From Armatimonadota bacterium (GTDB taxonomy: Bacteria > Armatimonadota > UBA10988): 37,957 nt of DNA. Under the pieces are notes generated by a model. That model made no database searches. It had not been told where the DNA came from and worked only from the letters and a program-made list of their open reading frames with translations. The stretch is from NCBI GenBank assembly GCA_016235455.1, contig JACRKZ010000039.1:1-37957 (forward strand). The letters run 5' to 3'. Below are positions 22,991 to 32,300 of this stretch, piece by piece. The translations under genes were made by a program, and so were the position numbers. The number at the start of each line of letters is the position of its first letter. Positions within the stretch are counted from its first letter, which is position 1.

Positions 22991-24759
22991 TAAGTCTGCT
23001 TCTAGCCCTGCTGATGGCCGCGGGACCCGACCCTAACACGGTGCGGGTCGAGGCCGCACTGTTCCTGCCGCGAGCCGGCGTGACGCTGGCCGCCGACCCC
23101 ATCGTGGTCTACGACGCCAGTGGCGTGGTGCTCATGCCCATGCTGCGCGCCAACCAGCTTGCCGCGCTCTTCGACGGGACCAATGGCCGGTTCGTGACCA
23201 GCGCCGCCACCTCATTGGCGGCCGGCGCTACGGCCGTCATGCTGCCCATGTCGGCGTCGGAACTGATGCCCTCGGCCAACGCCGCGCAGCGCCAGATGCC
23301 CAACGCCGGGCCGGACCTGAGCGGGCTGCGCGTCGATGTCTCCTCGGCCCAAGCCCTACCCCGCGGCGCCCGGCTGGGCCTGATTCTCGGCCTGACCCAA
23401 GCTGCCACGGCCCAGGAGGCGGCGCTCGGCCAGCAGCAGCGGGTGACCGAGGACATGGTCTTTCGCCGCCGTCAGGTGCGCACCGAGTTGACCCTGACCT
23501 ACGACCAGCCGTTCGCCGTGCTGCTCGATTCCGGCCAAGGCCTGGCCCGCGCCAACCAGACCATGCGCCAGCAGATCGGTAACCAGCAGATCGAGGCGCG
23601 CGGCGCCCTGGTGGGCGTGGTGCTGCACCTCGTCCCCGCCGGCGCGCCGCTCCTGTTTGACGGCCTGGTGCCGCCGGTAGCGCCGCCGGGTCATGTGCGG
23701 GTCTCCACTCCCGACCGACCATCGAGCAACCTGATCTACCGTGATGGCATGCGCGTCACCGATGCGCTGGCCGCGACCGGCCTGCAGTACCCCGGCAACG
23801 CGGCACTTAGCATCACGCGACTCCAGCCCAACGGACTGCTGGACCGCTACGACGCGCAGTCGCTGCCGCTCACGGGTACCGAGCTGGACCTGCCGCTGCG
23901 CGAACGCGACAGCTTGACGCTGGCCCTGCCGGCCACCAAGTCCGCGCCCTCCGTGGCCACCGTGCCGCGCTCGCTGGGCGGCGGTGCCGGCGGTGCCGGC
24001 GGTGCGGGTGTTGCCGTGATGCCTGGTCCGGCCTCCATGGCCGGCGCGGCTGGCGGCTTGCCCGGCCCGGTGCTGCCCCCCGGCGCACCGGCGACCGCGC
24101 CGACCACGCAGGCGCTGCGCGCCGAAGTCATGCGGTCCATGTCCGTCGACGAGTTGCGCCAGTTGGCGCCCGCGGCGGCACAGGCCAGTCGCGCCGTGGT
24201 CTCGCTGCGCGGTCTGGCGCCAGGCGATCCCCCGAACCAGGTGTTGCTGGCCGGCACGCTCGTCTCGGCTGATGGGCTGTGTATCGCCGCGCCGGCCCAG
24301 ACCATCTTGCCGCTGGCCCAACTGCGCGCGCAACTGCCAGACGGACGCGAGGTCCGGGCCACGGTGGTCAACACCGACCTGAACACAGGGCTGGTGCTGC
24401 TGCGTCTGACCGATGGTGACCGGGCTCTGCACGGCCTCGGCTACCTGAAGCTCAACGCGATGATGCCCGCCATGGGCACCCCGCTGCTGGTCGCCGGCAA
24501 CCCGCTGGGCCTGATGGGCTCGGTCAACCTGACGGTGGTCGCGGGTCCGCGGCGCAGACTGGCCGAGGCACCCGGCGCCGAGTTGCAGCTCGACGCGCCA
24601 CTGGCCACGGGCATCAGTGGCGGACCGATCGTCGACCTGACCGGCCGAGTGGTGGCCATTGCTTACGGTACGCTGCGCGAGGGAGACGCCGGGCCGGGCA
24701 TCGGTCTGGCGGTACCCGCGGAGTATGCGGTGCGGCTGATGGGCTCGACCAAGCACTGA
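22987..24759 (+). CDS. Exported multidomain protein with SLBB-like domain and C-terminal trypsin-like (S1C) domain
   Basis: Signal peptide; YRDGMRVTDALAATG...DLPLRERDSL (SLBB-like); LPDGREVRATVV, AGNPLGLMGSV, LQLDAPLATGISGGPIVDLTGRVVAI; ATGA overlap with the anti-sigma. Confidence 0.75.
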   Translation: MISLLLALLMAAGPDPNTVRVEAALFLPRAGVTLAADPIVVYDASGVVLMPMLRANQLAALFDGTNGRFVTSAATSLAAGATAVMLPMSASELMPSANAAQRQMPNAGPDLSGLRVDVSSAQALPRGARLGLILGLTQAATAQEAALGQQQRVTEDMVFRRRQVRTELTLTYDQPFAVLLDSGQGLARANQTMRQQIGNQQIEARGALVGVVLHLVPAGAPLLFDGLVPPVAPPGHVRVSTPDRPSSNLIYRDGMRVTDALAATGLQYPGNAALSITRLQPNGLLDRYDAQSLPLTGTELDLPLRERDSLTLALPATKSAPSVATVPRSLGGGAGGAGGAGVAVMPGPASMAGAAGGLPGPVLPPGAPATAPTTQALRAEVMRSMSVDELRQLAPAAAQASRAVVSLRGLAPGDPPNQVLLAGTLVSADGLCIAAPAQTILPLAQLRAQLPDGREVRATVVNTDLNTGLVLLRLTDGDRALHGLGYLKLNAMMPAMGTPLLVAGNPLGLMGSVNLTVVAGPRRRLAEAPGAELQLDAPLATGISGGPIVDLTGRVVAIAYGTLREGDAGPGIGLAVPAEYAVRLMGSTKH

Positions 24760-24817
24760 GCCACCGGGTACACCAGCCGTGGTCACTTCCCCCGTCCCAG
24801 GTCGCGTCCCCCGCCGC

Positions 24818-24846
24818 TTGACGCTGCCCGATGCGGCGGCTATAGT
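24818..24846 (+). promoter_or_regulatory. sigma70 promoter of the rsfS operon
   Basis: TTGACG-N17-TATAGT, upstream of a GGAGG RBS and TTG start. Confidence 0.7.
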
Positions 24847-24872
24847 GGCCAAAGCCGAACTGGAGGGCCGCT

Positions 24873-25259
24873 TTGAGTGAATCCGTGTCTACTGTCCACG
24901 CCGTGGCGTTGGCCCAAGCGGCGTTGGCCGGTAGGGCCGAGGACCTCGTACTCCTTGACGTCAGCAAGTTGACGGTGCTGGCGGACCAGTTCCTCATCTT
25001 CACAGGCAACTCCGATCGCCATGTCCGCGCGCTGGCCGAGCGCATTGAGGTCGACGGTCGCGAGCGCGGCCGCAAGCCCATGTGCCGCGAAGGCGAGCGC
25101 CAGGGCCGCTGGGTGCTGCTGGACTATGGCGATGTCGTCGTCCACATCTTCGACCCGCAGACCCGTGAGTTCTACAACATCGTGCAGCTCTGGGCCGATG
25201 CACCGCGTATCGACGTGCCGCCGCCACCGCTCGTGATCGACACTCCCGACTCCGAATGA
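24873..25259 (+). CDS. rsfS: Ribosome silencing factor (Iojap/RsfS)
   Basis: AEDLVLLDVSKLTVLADQFLIFTGNSDRHVRALA, WVLLDYGDVVVHIF..REFYNIVQLWADAP. Confidence 0.95.
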   Translation: MSESVSTVHAVALAQAALAGRAEDLVLLDVSKLTVLADQFLIFTGNSDRHVRALAERIEVDGRERGRKPMCREGERQGRWVLLDYGDVVVHIFDPQTREFYNIVQLWADAPRIDVPPPPLVIDTPDSE

Positions 25260-25272
25260 GGCGAGCGGCTCG

Positions 25273-27099
25273 ATGACACCTACGCTCTCGGTTGGTGGCG
25301 CCGCCCTTCTGGCTGCCGTGGCCGCCTGGCAGTTGGGCCGTGTGTTGCTGTGCGCCGCCGGTGACCAACGCGACTCCCAGTTCTTGACCATCAGCGGCGC
25401 CGTGGCCTTTGGTCTGGCGGTGACGTTGGGCTTGCTGGCCGTGCCGAGCGTCGACAGCGCCGCGTCAAGCGCGGCGCTTGGCGCTTCTCCCGGCGCAGCC
25501 TGGCTGGTGTTGGCCGGTGCGTTGGTCTTGCTCGCCGGGCTATGGCGCGACCTTGGCCGCGGCGTGCGTGGACAGAGCATGGCGGCGTTGGTGCTGGCCG
25601 CGCTCATCGCCGTGACCGTCGGCGGCGTGTCGGTCGAGCAGGTGAAGTTGCCGTTCGGCGGATTCGTCGATCTCGGGCTGGCCGGCCAGGTGCTCACCGT
25701 GGCCTGGATCGTGGCCGCCGCCGTGGTGGTTCGCCTGTTGGATCCCCTGCCGGGCTTGACCGCCGGGTTCGGCCTGCTGTCGGCCGGCACGTTCTTCGTG
25801 GTGGTCGTGGCCAAGGGCCATGAGCCGCTGGCGCGCGTCGCCGGGATCAGCCCGTCGCTGTCCGCGGTGCTGCTGGGCGCCTGCCTCGGCGTGGTGTTGG
25901 CCGGCGGACGCACGGGCCTCAGCCTGGGTCGTGCCGGCAGCGGGCTGCTGGGCTTCCTGCTGGCCGTGCTCACCGTGGTCGGCACGCTCAAGCATACCGC
26001 CTTCCTACTGGTGGCCCTGCCGGTGCTGTCGCTGGCCGTACCGATGCTCAACGTCTTCTACATGCGGCGGCAGTGGCAGCGCGCCGGCGGCGCCGACCCG
26101 GCCAGCCTGGACCGCGCGCGCACCCTGGGCGACATGCTCGGCCGCCGCGGTTTCGGTCACACGCGGGCCGTCGAGCTGCTGCTGGGCCTGCAGGCCTACT
26201 GCTGCCTGACCGCGCTGGCGCTGGTCGGGCTGGTCACCGTGCCGGTGGTCGTCAAGCTCCTCCTGCTGGCCATGGTGCTGCCGGCGGCGTTCGTCGCGTT
26301 CTTCCTGCTGTCGCGCATCGCGGCACGCGTGGCCGCGGTCGATGCCGGCAAGGTGCGCATCCTCGACGTGCCCATCGACGCGCTGACCTACCAGAGCGCC
26401 GAGCAGCGCATGGACGAGCTGATCCGCTCGGGCGGCGCACATCACGTCTTCACCGCTGACGCCAGTGGCATCATGCGGGCCCAGGAAGAGCCGGAGCTGG
26501 CCGAGATCATCCGCACCTGCGACCTGGTCACTGCCGATGGCGCAGGCGTGCTGTGGGCCGCGCGCATCTTCGATTTCCCGCTGCCCGAGAGGGTCAGCGG
26601 CGTCGACCTGGTGCGCCGGCTGAGCGGCCTGGCCGCGCGCCAGGGCTATCGCGTATTCCTGCTCGGCGCGGCGCCGGGCGTGGCCGAGGCCGCCGCCGAC
26701 GTGCTGCGCGCCGAGAACCCGGGATTGGATATCTGCGGCGTCCGCGACGGCTACTTCAAGGACGAGGCGGAGATCGCCGAAGTGTTGCGCGCCGCGCGGC
26801 CGCACATCCTGTTCGTCGCGCTCGGCATCCCCAAGCAGGAGCAGTTCATCCGCCGTTGGTACAAGGAGCTTGGCTTGCCGCTCTGCCTGGGCATTGGTGG
26901 CAGCTTCGACGTGATCAGCGGCAAGCTGGAGCGGGCTCCCGAGTGGATGCAGCGCGCCGGCTTGGAATGGCTGTTCCGCGTGCTCCAGGAGCCCAAGCGC
27001 TGGCGGCGCCTGGCGGCGCTGCCCAAGTTCGTCGGTGCCATCGCCGTATCCACGTGGCGTGACTGGCGACGGCAGACAAAGGTGCCCAGACCATCATGA
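25273..27099 (+). CDS. Fusion: degenerate MraY/WecA(TagO)-like membrane domain + WecB/TagA/CpsF glycosyltransferase
   Basis: N-terminal multi-TM region with LDPLPGLTAG and LGRAGSGLLGFLLA; C-terminal DLVTADGAGV, ERVSGVDL, VALGIPKQE, GIGGSFDV, RAPEWMQRAGLEWLFRVLQEPKRWRR. Confidence 0.88.
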   Translation: MTPTLSVGGAALLAAVAAWQLGRVLLCAAGDQRDSQFLTISGAVAFGLAVTLGLLAVPSVDSAASSAALGASPGAAWLVLAGALVLLAGLWRDLGRGVRGQSMAALVLAALIAVTVGGVSVEQVKLPFGGFVDLGLAGQVLTVAWIVAAAVVVRLLDPLPGLTAGFGLLSAGTFFVVVVAKGHEPLARVAGISPSLSAVLLGACLGVVLAGGRTGLSLGRAGSGLLGFLLAVLTVVGTLKHTAFLLVALPVLSLAVPMLNVFYMRRQWQRAGGADPASLDRARTLGDMLGRRGFGHTRAVELLLGLQAYCCLTALALVGLVTVPVVVKLLLLAMVLPAAFVAFFLLSRIAARVAAVDAGKVRILDVPIDALTYQSAEQRMDELIRSGGAHHVFTADASGIMRAQEEPELAEIIRTCDLVTADGAGVLWAARIFDFPLPERVSGVDLVRRLSGLAARQGYRVFLLGAAPGVAEAAADVLRAENPGLDICGVRDGYFKDEAEIAEVLRAARPHILFVALGIPKQEQFIRRWYKELGLPLCLGIGGSFDVISGKLERAPEWMQRAGLEWLFRVLQEPKRWRRLAALPKFVGAIAVSTWRDWRRQTKVPRPS

Positions 27100-28622
27100 G
27101 CCGTCTCCTCCGCCTGCATCCCGACGACCATGTGGCCGTGGCCCGTGAGGATCTGGCCGCCGGCAGCGAGTGCGACGGCGTGTCGGCGCGCGCCGACATC
27201 CCGCGTGGCCACAAGATCGCCCTGACCACCGTCGCCGAGGGCCAGCCGGTACGCAAGTACGGCCAGGTGATCGGCTTCGCCAGCGCGGCCATCGAGCCGG
27301 GCGACTGGGTGCACACGCACAACCTGGGTTTCGGGGCGGGCGAACTGGGTCTCGACTACGCCGCCGGCGCCGACCTGCGGCCGTTCGAGGTGCTGCCACC
27401 CGAGCAGCGCGCGAGCTTTCTGGGCTACCGCCGCAGCGACGGCCGGGTGGGCACGCGCAACTACCTGGCCGTGGTCAGTACCGTCAACTGCTCGGCCGCC
27501 GTCTGCACCGCCGTGGCCCGCGCCTTCGAAGGCTGCGAAGCAGGCCTGGACGACTTCGACGGAGTCATCCCCCTGACCACCAAGGGCGGCTGCGCGGTCA
27601 AGCCCGGCTATGAACTGGAGCTGTTCCAGCGCACGCTGGCCGGCTTTGCCAACCACCCCAACGTCGGCGCCTACGTGGTCGTCGGGCTGGGTTGCGAAGG
27701 CAACCGCATGGCCGACTTCCTGCATACAGGCGGGCTCATCCGGCTCGAGGCGGCGCCCGAGAGGCGGCCGCCGACCTTCTTCATGCAGGAGTTGGGCGGC
27801 ACGCAGCGCACCATCGAGGCGGCCAGCCGGGCTGTCGCCGAACTCATTCCGAGGGTGGCCAACGCGCGCCGCACTCCAGAGAGCGCCGAACACCTGCGGG
27901 TGGGTCTGCAGTGCGGCGGCAGCGATGCTCTGTCCGGCATCACGGCCAACCCCGCCGTGGGCGCCATGGCCGACCTGCTGGTGCGGCACGGTGGCACGCC
28001 GGTGCTGGGTGAGACGCCGGAGATCTACGGCGCGGAGCACCTGCTTATCCGCCGCGCGACCAGCCAGGCCGTGGCCGACCGGCTGCTGGCGCGCATTGCC
28101 TGGTGGAAGGACTACACCGCGCGCAACGGGTTCTCCATCGACAACAATCCCGCGCCAGGCAACAAGGACGGCGGGCTGACCACCATCTTCGAGAAGAGTA
28201 TGGGCGCCGTGGCCAAGGCGGGCACCTCGCCGCTGGTCGACGTGCTGGAGTATGCCCAGCCCGTCACGCAGCACGGTCTGGTGCACATGGACACGCCGGG
28301 CTATGACCCGGTCAGCGCCACGGGCCAGGTGGCCGGCGGCTGCCAGCTGGTGGTCTTCACCACGGGCCGCGGAAGCTGCTTCGGCTTCAAGCCAGCGCCG
28401 TCGCTCAAGGTGGCCACGAACACGCCCATGTACGAGCTGATGAAGCCCGACATGGACCTCAATGCCGGCACCATCATGGATGGCACCGCGACGGTGGAGA
28501 GCGTGGGTGCGGAGCTGTTCGACCGGCTGCTGCGTCTGGCCAGCGGCGAGCGCAGCGTGAGTGAGGCCATGGGCCTGGGTCTCGAAGAATTCAACCCCTG
28601 GATCATTGGCTGCACGATGTAG
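27096..28622 (+). CDS. uxaA: Altronate/galactarate dehydratase (UxaA/GarD family)
   Basis: SAF domain (DDHVAVA, IPRGHKIA, KYGQVIG, WVHTHN); GYRRSDGRVGTRNY; GLGCE; QCGGSDALSGITANP; FTTGRGS. Confidence 0.88.
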   Translation: MSRLLRLHPDDHVAVAREDLAAGSECDGVSARADIPRGHKIALTTVAEGQPVRKYGQVIGFASAAIEPGDWVHTHNLGFGAGELGLDYAAGADLRPFEVLPPEQRASFLGYRRSDGRVGTRNYLAVVSTVNCSAAVCTAVARAFEGCEAGLDDFDGVIPLTTKGGCAVKPGYELELFQRTLAGFANHPNVGAYVVVGLGCEGNRMADFLHTGGLIRLEAAPERRPPTFFMQELGGTQRTIEAASRAVAELIPRVANARRTPESAEHLRVGLQCGGSDALSGITANPAVGAMADLLVRHGGTPVLGETPEIYGAEHLLIRRATSQAVADRLLARIAWWKDYTARNGFSIDNNPAPGNKDGGLTTIFEKSMGAVAKAGTSPLVDVLEYAQPVTQHGLVHMDTPGYDPVSATGQVAGGCQLVVFTTGRGSCFGFKPAPSLKVATNTPMYELMKPDMDLNAGTIMDGTATVESVGAELFDRLLRLASGERSVSEAMGLGLEEFNPWIIGCTM

Positions 28623-28630
28623 GACGGACC

Positions 28631-29275
28631 ATGCCGCCAGCCCAAGCGCTGATCTTCGATATGGACGGGCTGCTGCTCGACACCGAGCGGCTGTATGTCA
28701 TGGCCACGCAGGCGGTCATCGCGCCCTGGGGCCACGTGGTGACGCCCGAGGTCTATGGCGACTGGATCGGCCGTGACGTCAGCGCCGACGAGTTTGCCGC
28801 CACCTACCCCACCGACCTGAGCGCCGACGAGTTCGTCGAGCAGATGCGGGCCCACTTCCACCGCCTGTGCGAGACCGATCTGTCACTCATGCCCGGCGCG
28901 CTGGAGTTCCTCGACGGCGCCGCGGCCGGTTACCCCAAGGCCGTGGCTTCGTCGACCAAGCGCGAGACGATTGACAAGCATTTGCAGCAACTGGGGCTCA
29001 TCGACCGCTTTCCGGTGCGCGTCAGTGGCCGCGATGTGCCGCGCGGCAAGCCGGCGCCGGACGTGTTCCTGGTGGCCGCCGCGGGTCTGGGTGTGGAGCC
29101 GGCGGCCTGCGTGGTGTTCGAGGATTCGATGCACGGCTGCATCGGCGCGCGGGCGGCGGGCATGAGGGTGGTGGCCGTGCCGTCGATTTACACCGCGCAT
29201 CTCGACTTCTCGGCCGCTGATCGCGTTGTGACGCGACTGGACGAAGTCGGTACGGGTTGGCTCACTTCCGGCTGA
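28631..29275 (+). CDS. HAD family phosphatase (beta-PGM/CbbY-like)
   Basis: FDMDGLLLDTE, AVASST, RGKPAPDVFL, VFEDSMHG. Confidence 0.92.
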   Translation: MPPAQALIFDMDGLLLDTERLYVMATQAVIAPWGHVVTPEVYGDWIGRDVSADEFAATYPTDLSADEFVEQMRAHFHRLCETDLSLMPGALEFLDGAAAGYPKAVASSTKRETIDKHLQQLGLIDRFPVRVSGRDVPRGKPAPDVFLVAAAGLGVEPAACVVFEDSMHGCIGARAAGMRVVAVPSIYTAHLDFSAADRVVTRLDEVGTGWLTSG

Positions 29276-29285
29276 ATGGTACACT
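29257..29285 (+). promoter_or_regulatory. Putative sigma70 promoter of the giant adhesin gene
   Basis: TTGGCT-N17-TACACT with TGn extension; GGAGGGG RBS before ATG 29329. Confidence 0.5.
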
Positions 29286-29328
29286 CTGGCGCAACCTGGT
29301 GTGCGTTCGTTGACGGAGGGGGATCGCC

Positions 29329-32300
29329 ATGTGCACCCAATCGGCCATATGGGGCTCGGTGACGCGCTGCTTTGCGCCGTTGCTGCTGATCGCGGCGGTC
29401 GCCGCTCCGCAGGCTGCATTCGCGGCCGATGTCTATTCGCAGCGGATCATCGCCGACGGCCCTGCCTGCTACTATCGGCTGGATGAGCTGGCCAACGGCA
29501 CGCTCAGCGATGAGATGGGCAACGCATCGGCCACGGCGACCGGCGCGACCATGGGCGTGGGCGGCGCGCTGGTCGGCCTGTCGTCCACCGCCATGCACCT
29601 GACGTCGTCTGTCTCAAGCGCCGTCGCCGGCAACGCCGCCCAGGTCTTCGCGCCTGGCGAAGGATCCCTGTCGGTTGAGCTATGGGCCCGGCCCACCACC
29701 GAGGGCTACCTGCTGGAATGGCCTCGCAAATACGTGTCGCAGTTTGTATCCACCTGCGGCTTCTATCTCAAGCTCACCGCCGGCACCCTCGAGGGCGCAG
29801 TCGGCCCCTCGGGCAGGTCCGGTGGCTGGTCGGATGCCCAGAGCGCCTTGGCCGCCGACGGAGCCTGGCATCACCTGATTCTGGTAGTCAACCACGGCAA
29901 CGCGCTGCTCGAGCTCTACATTGACGGCGCGCTGGCGGCCGCCGGCGCACTCGCCTCGGGCACCGACATGAACTACGACACACGGTCTCCGAGCCTCTAC
30001 TTCGGGTCAACGACACCTGCCTGGCAGGCCGATGCCGACCTGGACGAGGTGGCCATCTACAAGAAGGCGCTGACGGCGACCCAGGTGATGGAGCACTACC
30101 TGGCCGGTAGCCGCGCCTTGACCGTGCGCACCACCGCGGACTCCGGCCCGGGCTCGCTGCGGTCGGCCATCCTTGCCGCCAATCGGCTGCCTGGCGCGCA
30201 GACCATCGATTTCGCCATCCCCGGCAACTTCGCCCACGACATTGCCCCGACCTCGGCTCTGCCAGCCATCACCAAGCAGGTGACGATCGATGGCTCGACG
30301 CAGCCAGGCTATGCCGGCTCACCCGTGATCGGGCTGGTAGCCTCGGCGCCGAGCGCGCCGGCGCTAGCGGTACAAGCGGGTAGCGGCTCCGTGGCCAAAG
30401 CACTGGCGATCGGTCAGGCGGCCACAGGGGTGGCCACGTCGGCCACCTCCAGCCGCACCACCGTCGCCGCCTGCTGGCTGGGGTTCGACTGCGCGGGCTC
30501 CGTGCGAGGCCTGGGCGTCGGGGTGGACCTCAAGTCACGCCACGACAATGTAGGTGTGACTGGCCCGCGCGGCGGCAACCGCATCGGCAACTGCTCGGTG
30601 GCCGGCGTGCATATCGACGGCGACAGCGGCGCCGGCGACACCACGGTCGAGGGCAACGTAATCGGGCTGGCCATGGACGGCTCGTCACCAGCCAGCGTGC
30701 AGACCGGGGTGTGGCTGGTGAGGAGCACCGGCAACACCGTCCACGGCAACACGCTTGTGGGTCCAACCGCCATCAGCCTTGCCGGGCCGCTGGACGGGCC
30801 CAACGTGATCAGCGCCAACCAGATCGGTCTCAGTGTGGCCGGCACCGCGATCGCCGGCATCGGCACCGGCGAGGGCATCCTCATGGACTCCGTCAGCGGC
30901 GCGACAATCGGTGGTCTGGCCGCCGCCGATGGCAACACCATCGCCAACTGCGCTGCCGCGGCCATCCATCTGATCGCGAGTACCGGCAACACGATCGACT
31001 GCAACCGCATCGGCACCGACCCCACCGGCACCGTCCCCATCGGCACGTCGTTGGGCATCCTGCTGGCCTCTGGCTCGTCGCTGAACCAGATCGGGAGAGT
31101 GGAAGCAGAGCGACCCAATCTGATCGCCTTCACCCGGATGCTTGGCATCGTGATCGTCGATCCGCTGTGCCTGGGCAACGCAATGGTGAACAACAGCCTC
31201 ACGGCCAACAGCGGCGAGGCCATCGATCTGATGCCGTTGGGCCCCAACGCCAACGACGCCGGCGATGTCGACAGCGGTCCGAACCACGGCCAGAACTACC
31301 CGGTTCTGACCAGCGCCGGCGTCTCGGGCGGCAGCCTGACTGTCACCGGCACGTTGGACAGTGCCACCAACTGCGCGGCCTACCCGTGCCGCGTGCTCAT
31401 CTACAGCGTGCCCACGACACCGTCACCCAGCAGCCACGGCGGGACCGAGACGCTGCTCGGCCAGATCACTGTCACCGGCCCGGGCGCCTTCAGCGGCACC
31501 GTGCCTGCCACGCTGGCCGGCGGACGCAGCATCTGCGCGGCGGCCATCGACAGCGAGAACAACCAGAGTGAACTCGGCACCAACCTGGCGGTGGCGGGGC
31601 CGGCCACTCATGCGGCCTTCGTCAGCCAGCCCAGTGACACCGTGGCCGGCGCGACCATGGCGCCGGTCAGCGTCGAACTGCTCGACGCGGACGGCCGTCG
31701 CGCCGCGGGCGAGAGCCGCAACGTCACCCTCGCCCTGACGCCGACCGGCGGTCCGCCGCTGGGCGGCACGCTCACCGTCGCCGCGAGCCACGGCCTGGCC
31801 ACGTTCAGCACGCTTGCCATGTCCACCGCCGGCACCAGCTACCGCCTCGGTGCCACAGCCCCAGGCCTTACTGGCGCCACGTCTGGCGCCTTCACCATCA
31901 CCCCGGCCGCGCTGGACCCGACCGGCACGCTGATCGTCAGCGACAAGGCCAGCGCGCAGGCCGACGACTTCGAGCTGGTCACGCTGACGCTGACCGCGCG
32001 CGACCGCAACGGCAACGCCATAGCTGGCGTACCCGCGGCCAACATGGCTGTGGGCGGCTCGCCCAGTGCGGGTCTGACCATCACGCAGCCGGGCTCGGCC
32101 ACGGACACCAACGGCCGGACCACGGCCACGGCGCGTTGCGCCAATGTCGGCACCGTGACCTTCACGCCGTCGATCAACGCCACGGTCAGCGGTCACACCA
32201 CGCCGGTGCGCTTCCTGGCCGGCGCGCCGGTGCCGCTGTACTGCGACCTGCAGGCCAGCCGCACCTCGGGCACGGCGGACGGCGCCGACCGCATCACCTT

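Noticed and set aside
24840-28286. Minus-strand ORFs 24840..26051 and 26751..28286
   Set aside because: Antisense shadows of rsfS, the glycosyltransferase fusion and the uxaA-like gene
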